This document shows positions 7,886 through 12,216 of a DNA stretch of 12,216 bases, one piece after another (the stretch's first letter is position 1; the number at the start of each line of letters is the position of its first letter). The stretch spans positions 1 through 12,216 of the forward strand of contig CAWCTR010000012.1 in NCBI GenBank assembly GCA_963798485.1. Direction: 5' to 3'. The position numbers and the translations under genes are program-made. The notes under the pieces were generated by a model that saw only the letters and a program-made list of their open reading frames with translations, was not told where the DNA came from and searched no databases. This DNA is from an uncultured delta proteobacterium (GTDB lineage: Bacteria; Desulfobacterota; Desulfomonilia; UBA1062).

Positions 7886-7906
7886 GCTCAACAGCGACCG
7901 TTCGAT
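7886..7906 (+). other. Putative attI core / crossover point of the first cassette (G|TTCGAT at 7900/7901)
   Basis: GTTCGAT (7900-7906) is the exact reverse complement of R'' ATCGAAC (8353-8359) of the first attC, as expected for an integrated cassette. It is preceded by GCTCAAC-AGCGACC. Confidence 0.65.
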
Positions 7907-7921
7907 ACCAGGAGGAGCGCT

Positions 7922-8305
7922 ATGAGAGTGATTCTTTTCGCATCTATTTTGATGCCGGCTATTTCTTGCCAGTTGTTCCAATCAGGCTCAAATAGACTTC
8001 CAAGCAAGGCACCTGAAAAAAAATACATAAAGGATGGAATAATTGAAACCTATTACGAAGAACTCACCATGCAAAACGAAAAAGAACTGCAAAAGGAAGC
8101 AGGAAAACGCTATGAGATGCATGGATGGAACTGGAAGGCCTGGGATGGTTGGAAATTTCGTAAGGATGGTAAATTCAAAGAAGGAGATCGCTTATGGTAT
8201 TTTTCTACAGATCCTGATAGTTGGAAGAATCTTGCAGGAAGGCTTGGGTTCTGCGTGAAAAGAGGTGAAGAGATCATTGCAGAGATAATCATTCTGATGA
8301 ATTAA
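7922..8305 (+). CDS. Cassette 1: hypothetical lipoprotein (127 aa)
   Basis: A strong RBS AGGAGGAG (7910-7917) precedes ATG 7922. MRVILFASILMPAIS|C looks like a lipoprotein signal. The C-terminus GDRLWYFST...SWKNLAGRLGF..KRG..I.....MN is Trp/Gly-rich. The longer 7841 start would cross the cassette boundary. Confidence 0.8.
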   Translation: MRVILFASILMPAISCQLFQSGSNRLPSKAPEKKYIKDGIIETYYEELTMQNEKELQKEAGKRYEMHGWNWKAWDGWKFRKDGKFKEGDRLWYFSTDPDSWKNLAGRLGFCVKRGEEIIAEIIILMN

Positions 8306-8352
8306 GATCAGGTTGTGCTACCTGTGAAAGCGACAGCACATATGGATATTGA

Positions 8353-8412
8353 ATCGAACAAGGGGCTGCTACGGACGCCGCTTCGCCATATCGCAGGGCC
8401 CAGTCGTTCTGC
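8353..8412 (+). other. attC of cassette 1 (degenerate)
   Basis: R'' ATCGAAC, spacer AAGGG, L'' GCTGCTAC, then L' GCAGGGC, spacer CCAGTC, R' GTTCTGC. Length is 60 bp and the inner stem pairs poorly. Confidence 0.7.
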
Positions 8413-8427
8413 AATGGTCAACAGGAT

Positions 8428-8994
8428 ATGAATAGTAAGTCAGAAACGTTGGAGTCTTTTCTGATATCAAAAGAACGAGTGTTGATGGATGTGTGCGTAA
8501 GGTCGCAGTTCATCGTGAGCGAGACCGATGTATTGGCTAAACACTATTCACTCATTGATGCCGCGATTCAAGACCATGACGATTTCATTGTTTCTACTGA
8601 ATGGAGGATCAAGAATACGCTAAGGGACCGGTTTGATCTTGTTGTTGTCAAGAAATGGGTAAAACCATATGCTCACCGAAAACAGTGCTTCGCGGACAAT
8701 CTGCCATACTACGCTGCGGAATACAAGGTTGATGATGAACAAGGGCGATACGGAAAGGCGGAGCAAATTGAGGCTTTCAAGAAAGACGTTATAAGACTTG
8801 CCAAGAACTGCCATTACTTGCACAGGGCATTTGCTTTGTATTACTACAGAGGGCCGAAGGCGATCGAAGACAGTCTGCTTGACAGCAATTCATCCAAGTA
8901 CGTGTTTCGTGACACTGATGATACTATCGTCAAGCAGAAACTGCACGTTTACGTCGTCGATAGGCTTGGTGTCCATAGGCTTGATTTTTCATAG
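8428..8994 (+). CDS. Cassette 2: putative PD-(D/E)XK (restriction-endonuclease-fold) nuclease
   Basis: 188 aa with ordered motifs SETD (helix), VSTE, RFDLVVV, AAEYK and KKDVIRL, consistent with an E...D...ExK active site. Confidence 0.7.
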   Translation: MNSKSETLESFLISKERVLMDVCVRSQFIVSETDVLAKHYSLIDAAIQDHDDFIVSTEWRIKNTLRDRFDLVVVKKWVKPYAHRKQCFADNLPYYAAEYKVDDEQGRYGKAEQIEAFKKDVIRLAKNCHYLHRAFALYYYRGPKAIEDSLLDSNSSKYVFRDTDDTIVKQKLHVYVVDRLGVHRLDFS

Positions 8995-9082
8995 GTTACC
9001 CATCTCAATCGGAAGTCAAAGGTCAGAGGGGCAAGCCGTATCTCCGTCTTAGCCAGAGTGCTATTAAGTGAGGCAAAGAGCT

Positions 9083-9139
9083 ACCGAACCAGCAAATCCA
9101 GCGGACGGCTTTCAGCCGCCGCTGATCCGCACGTTATCT
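9083..9139 (+). other. attC of cassette 2 (canonical)
   Basis: ACCGAAC-CAGCA-AATCCAGC-GG-A-CGGCT-TTC-AGCCG-CC-GCTGATC-CGCAC-GTTATCT. It shows R''/L''/L'/R' boxes, 5-bp spacers, and extra C and A bases in the left arm (extrahelical G and T on the bottom strand). Length is 57 bp. Confidence 0.92.
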
Positions 9140-9213
9140 AGAAAAATACTGAATATCAAAATAGCCCGCCATTACCCAAAGTAGGGCAATGTCAGAGGAG
9201 GAATTGTACGTAT

Positions 9214-12108
9214 ATGAAATACTCCGGTCATTATTTATTATTCCGCCTAAAATGCCTTGATTCAAAAGCTAATGACTTCCAGAAGCTCTTTGAGCGTATT
9301 ATGGCGATCCATGACAAAACATTTATGCCTGTAAAGCCGGCAGGTCCTGATGGGGACTGGAAATGTGATGGTTACTCCGCCGCAAGTCAGACCGTTTATC
9401 AATGCTATGCTCCAATTGAGTTGAAGAGTGGCAAAACTACTCGGAAAATTCATGAAGATTTTCAGGGTGCAGTGCAGAAGTGGTCTGAAAAGATGAGACA
9501 GTGGACTTTTGTTTGGAACTCAGATGCTCTTCCTCCTCAAGTGGTCGCTGCACTCGCGGAGCTTTCGGCAAATAACAAAGGACAGATAACCATTGAACAA
9601 CTTGGACCGCAAAAGTTGTGGGATGAGGTGGTTTCGAAATTTACAAAATCCGACTTAGATGAATTGCTTGGGGAGATTCCCACTTCGTCTGATGCCCAAG
9701 GTGCACAGCTCCGGTTGGCTGGAAAAGCATTGAGGCGGGACGATTTGCAGCTAGCCAAAGAACTCTGTCAAGATGTTCTCAACTCGTCAAAAAACGACGG
9801 GGGGCTGCTTCAGGAATATTTTGAAGCATGCAATTACATGGTAGTTCTTGCGCTTGAGGAGAAGAATCAGAAAAGCGCGCGAAAATATCTTTCACTATCT
9901 GCCGATCTTTTAGGTGAAAATATTCGACCTGTGCTCCGCGCTCAGTTTTTTCAATTGGAAGGGGCGCTGCTTCTTCGTGAGCAGCGTGCTGAAGAAGCCG
10001 TAGATGCATTTATGAAAGGCTTGAAAATCAAAGCACCTCCATCACCCGAAAAGGAAAAGGGCGTGCCTGTAGAGGAGCTACAGTGCGGAATTAGAGCCGA
10101 GCTCATTCTATTTTTTGCACAGACTAATCAAACAAAACAGGCCCGCGCGCACGCTGATGCTGCGGAGTCGTACATTCGGGCTCACCCCGAAGCCCAGGAT
10201 GGACACTTGTTGCCCTTCGTGGCAGATGCTCTAATTTCGCTAGCTGCTCGCATGCGCAACCTGAAGCGTGCAAGCAGGGCACTCAAGCTATTGGAAGAAC
10301 ACTGCATGACTCATGAATCAGCAAGTGCTGCGGCAAGAGTATTGCAAAAGCTAACAGGACGAGCGGGGCTTATTGGGGCACTGAATATTGCAAAGGCATG
10401 TTGTGACTTGTCATCTCTCATGGCAAAACGGGCAGAGTTGACAGAAGATTTTTGGGTAGCTCAGTATAATGCTGCTGGTATCTATTTGCAGCTTGGCAAA
10501 ATTGCAGAAGCACAGAAGCGCCTTCAAATGCTTTGGCCTCTGCTGAATTCCGACGAATTCCCCAAGGAAATGAAGGCAGCCATTCTCATGCTGGCATCAG
10601 AGTTAGCAGCTAGGCAGGGGGACCACTTACAAGCAGTGGAACTCCAAAAGCAAGTCGTTTCCTATACCAGCTCTGACCCTTTCAATCTAGCAGCTTCATC
10701 CTTCCATCTTGCCAACAAATTCAAGTCTATAGGAAGTGTCGAGGAAGCCTGTGAATCCTTTGAAACCGCTGCTCAGATCGGAAAAGAGTGCGATGCTCCG
10801 GGGGAGTTCCTCTTCGATGTTATAGCTCCTTGGTGTGAATCCGAAATGCTTCTGGGCCACTGGGAAAAAGCAGAAAGTTTGCTTGAACAACTTGGTACTC
10901 TGCCCCGCCCCGCGCAATTCAAAGATAATGCAATTGAAGGACTTAAACAACAACTTGAAGGAAGCAAAGAAATCCGGCGACGCATTGACGAAATTAGACA
11001 ATTGCAGCCAGAAGAACTTTTACCAACTTTGCTGGAATCAAATGCAGCCGCCTTCAAGCCTCTTCTTGACTGGTGGCAAGAAATTAAGGCTCGAAAATCG
11101 GACAAGTCAAAGGATGGTGCTGGCTTAAACATCCTCTATGATTACTGGGGCTGCGGCGGCGCGGTCGAAGTAATGGCAAATTTACGACGATTTGCTCCAG
11201 ACCACTTTTCTCCATTCATAGAAGTTCGCTCATTAACAGAAATTCGCCGTGCTGTTCGCATGTTCTCTCTCTTCTCCGACACTCTTGTGCTGCTATGGAA
11301 AGGCCCGGTTAACTCAGGCCAAGTTCTTTCTATAGTCCCGTTTGATCATGTGAAAGGTGGTTCGGGGTATCTGTTTGCTTTAGCTGACATCGCATTTGAA
11401 TCACCGTCATCTGGTCCATGGTTTCCGGCAATCGGAATGGGAGCTTTCCTGCCTGAAGAGGTATGCGTATTTTTAGCAACGGAAGCCGCGCCTTTACTAA
11501 AACAAGGACGGCTCGTTTTGCTCCCAGCTCCAGCAGTTGGCTGCTGGCAACCTCATCATGGGCCATGCGAAAATCTACTCGTTGACTTAATGGGGACATC
11601 GCTTTTAATTAACCGAGGTTCTGTAACTTCCGATTTTCCGGTGGCTATAATACCGTATTTCGAGGATGCACCACTTGAAGCCATAGCTGATTTATTGGGT
11701 GAGCATCATGACCAAACAAGACGACTGCGCCTCGCTTTACTGAGAAAAAACCGTGAACTTAGAGCACATGGGACCCCAGAAGGTGCCAGCAGAGAACTGC
11801 GTGATGAGATAACGGAGGCCTTTGTTGAGTGGAAAGATTTGAATAAGAGAATGGCAGCAAGATATCATTGGCGGAATGAGGAGGACATGTTGGCGGCAAA
11901 AACCTTCAGCTTCCAAAATCAATGGTCTTCCTTTTTTACCCTAAGCCGACTCGGTTATCGTTGGACTGTAGGCTCTGTAAACGAGCTCAAGAGTGACACT
12001 GCAAAATTCCATGTAAAAAAAGGTACGCCCTTCGGGAACTGGCTAAAGCCTCCCTACGAAGGAAAGCTGATACCTACGATGCAGTTGACAGATTCCAAAC
12101 AGGGCTGA
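9214..12108 (+). CDS. Cassette 3: 964-aa protein with an N-terminal REase-fold nuclease-like domain, a TPR-like helical region and an uncharacterised C-terminal domain
   Basis: The N-terminus reads FQKLFERIM...GDWKCDGY...VYQCYAP...KIHEDFQGA...WTFVWN. Residues ~165-590 are Ala/Leu-rich TPR-like repeats (e.g. YNAAGIYLQLGKIAEAQKRL, FHLANKFKSIGSVEEACESFETA). Residues ~600-964 look like a mixed alpha/beta domain. GAGGAGG lies upstream at 9195-9201. Confidence 0.8.
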   Translation: MKYSGHYLLFRLKCLDSKANDFQKLFERIMAIHDKTFMPVKPAGPDGDWKCDGYSAASQTVYQCYAPIELKSGKTTRKIHEDFQGAVQKWSEKMRQWTFVWNSDALPPQVVAALAELSANNKGQITIEQLGPQKLWDEVVSKFTKSDLDELLGEIPTSSDAQGAQLRLAGKALRRDDLQLAKELCQDVLNSSKNDGGLLQEYFEACNYMVVLALEEKNQKSARKYLSLSADLLGENIRPVLRAQFFQLEGALLLREQRAEEAVDAFMKGLKIKAPPSPEKEKGVPVEELQCGIRAELILFFAQTNQTKQARAHADAAESYIRAHPEAQDGHLLPFVADALISLAARMRNLKRASRALKLLEEHCMTHESASAAARVLQKLTGRAGLIGALNIAKACCDLSSLMAKRAELTEDFWVAQYNAAGIYLQLGKIAEAQKRLQMLWPLLNSDEFPKEMKAAILMLASELAARQGDHLQAVELQKQVVSYTSSDPFNLAASSFHLANKFKSIGSVEEACESFETAAQIGKECDAPGEFLFDVIAPWCESEMLLGHWEKAESLLEQLGTLPRPAQFKDNAIEGLKQQLEGSKEIRRRIDEIRQLQPEELLPTLLESNAAAFKPLLDWWQEIKARKSDKSKDGAGLNILYDYWGCGGAVEVMANLRRFAPDHFSPFIEVRSLTEIRRAVRMFSLFSDTLVLLWKGPVNSGQVLSIVPFDHVKGGSGYLFALADIAFESPSSGPWFPAIGMGAFLPEEVCVFLATEAAPLLKQGRLVLLPAPAVGCWQPHHGPCENLLVDLMGTSLLINRGSVTSDFPVAIIPYFEDAPLEAIADLLGEHHDQTRRLRLALLRKNRELRAHGTPEGASRELRDEITEAFVEWKDLNKRMAARYHWRNEEDMLAAKTFSFQNQWSSFFTLSRLGYRWTVGSVNELKSDTAKFHVKKGTPFGNWLKPPYEGKLIPTMQLTDSKQG

Positions 12109-12152
12109 ACAAACTGAATAAGAAAATGGGGACAGATTTAAATTTTAAAAAT

Positions 12153-12180
12153 GTCTAACCAACAAATCCACCGGACGGAG
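12153..12180 (+). other. Left half of the attC of cassette 3 (interrupted)
   Basis: GTCTAAC-CAACA-AATCCACC-GGACGG closely parallels the left arm of attC2 (ACCGAAC-CAGCA-AATCCAGC-GGACGG). The complementary right arm and GTT are absent from the remaining 36 bp. Confidence 0.75.
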
Positions 12181-12216
12181 GACTTCCCCAGAAAAAGTGG
12201 ACACTAAAACCTAACT
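12179..12216. mobile_element. Possible terminal inverted repeat of an IS3-family element inserted in the attC loop
   Basis: AGGACTTCCCCAGAAAAAGTGGACAC resembles the ..GAC..CCCC..AAAA.TGGACAC pattern I recall for IS3-family ends, but it lacks the usual 5'-TG. No transposase is visible because the window ends here. Confidence 0.4.

Larger units (their letters stand above)
6518..12180. mobile_element. Integron (probably sedentary/chromosomal): intI, attI region and at least three gene cassettes
   Basis: intI is divergent from three co-oriented ORFs, each followed by an attC or attC half. The left flank is ordinary chromosomal genes with no transposase. Confidence 0.9.

Noticed and set aside
7628-7900. 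Possible CRISPR array or tRNA in the hairpin-rich leader
   Set aside because: There are no constant-length direct repeats with unique spacers and no cas genes. The stems do not fit a tRNA cloverleaf, and the GTTCGAT at 7900 is explained by the cassette crossover.
7841-7921. 27-codon N-terminal extension of the cassette-1 ORF from GTG 7841
   Set aside because: It starts inside a 16-bp hairpin and crosses the cassette crossover, whereas ATG 7922 has a strong RBS and gives a clean signal peptide.

Overview
The window has two parts. Left (1-6116): a chromosomal block. It holds the 3' end of a 2x[4Fe-4S] AsrA/HydB/FlxB-like gene, a disrupted single-domain response regulator, a Cache-HAMP histidine kinase coupled to an NtrC-family sigma54 activator, a consensus sigma54 promoter with tandem upstream palindromes driving a second receiver protein and a REC-HisKA-HATPase hybrid kinase, and a small convergent Cys-rich gene. 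The gene content is suggestive of an anaerobic deltaproteobacterium-like host (inference only). Right (6228-12216): three REP-like hairpins, then an integron. It has an intact intI on the minus strand, a long and highly structured intI-to-first-cassette leader with nested attC-like hairpins and a 15-bp inverted duplication of the crossover flank, and three gene cassettes. The cassettes encode a lipoprotein, a PD-(D/E)XK nuclease-like protein, and an oversized (~3 kb) nuclease-TPR-unknown-domain protein, the last two being candidate anti-phage defence genes. The third attC breaks off into what looks like an IS3-family end at the window edge. All family calls come from motif recognition by eye; no searches were run.
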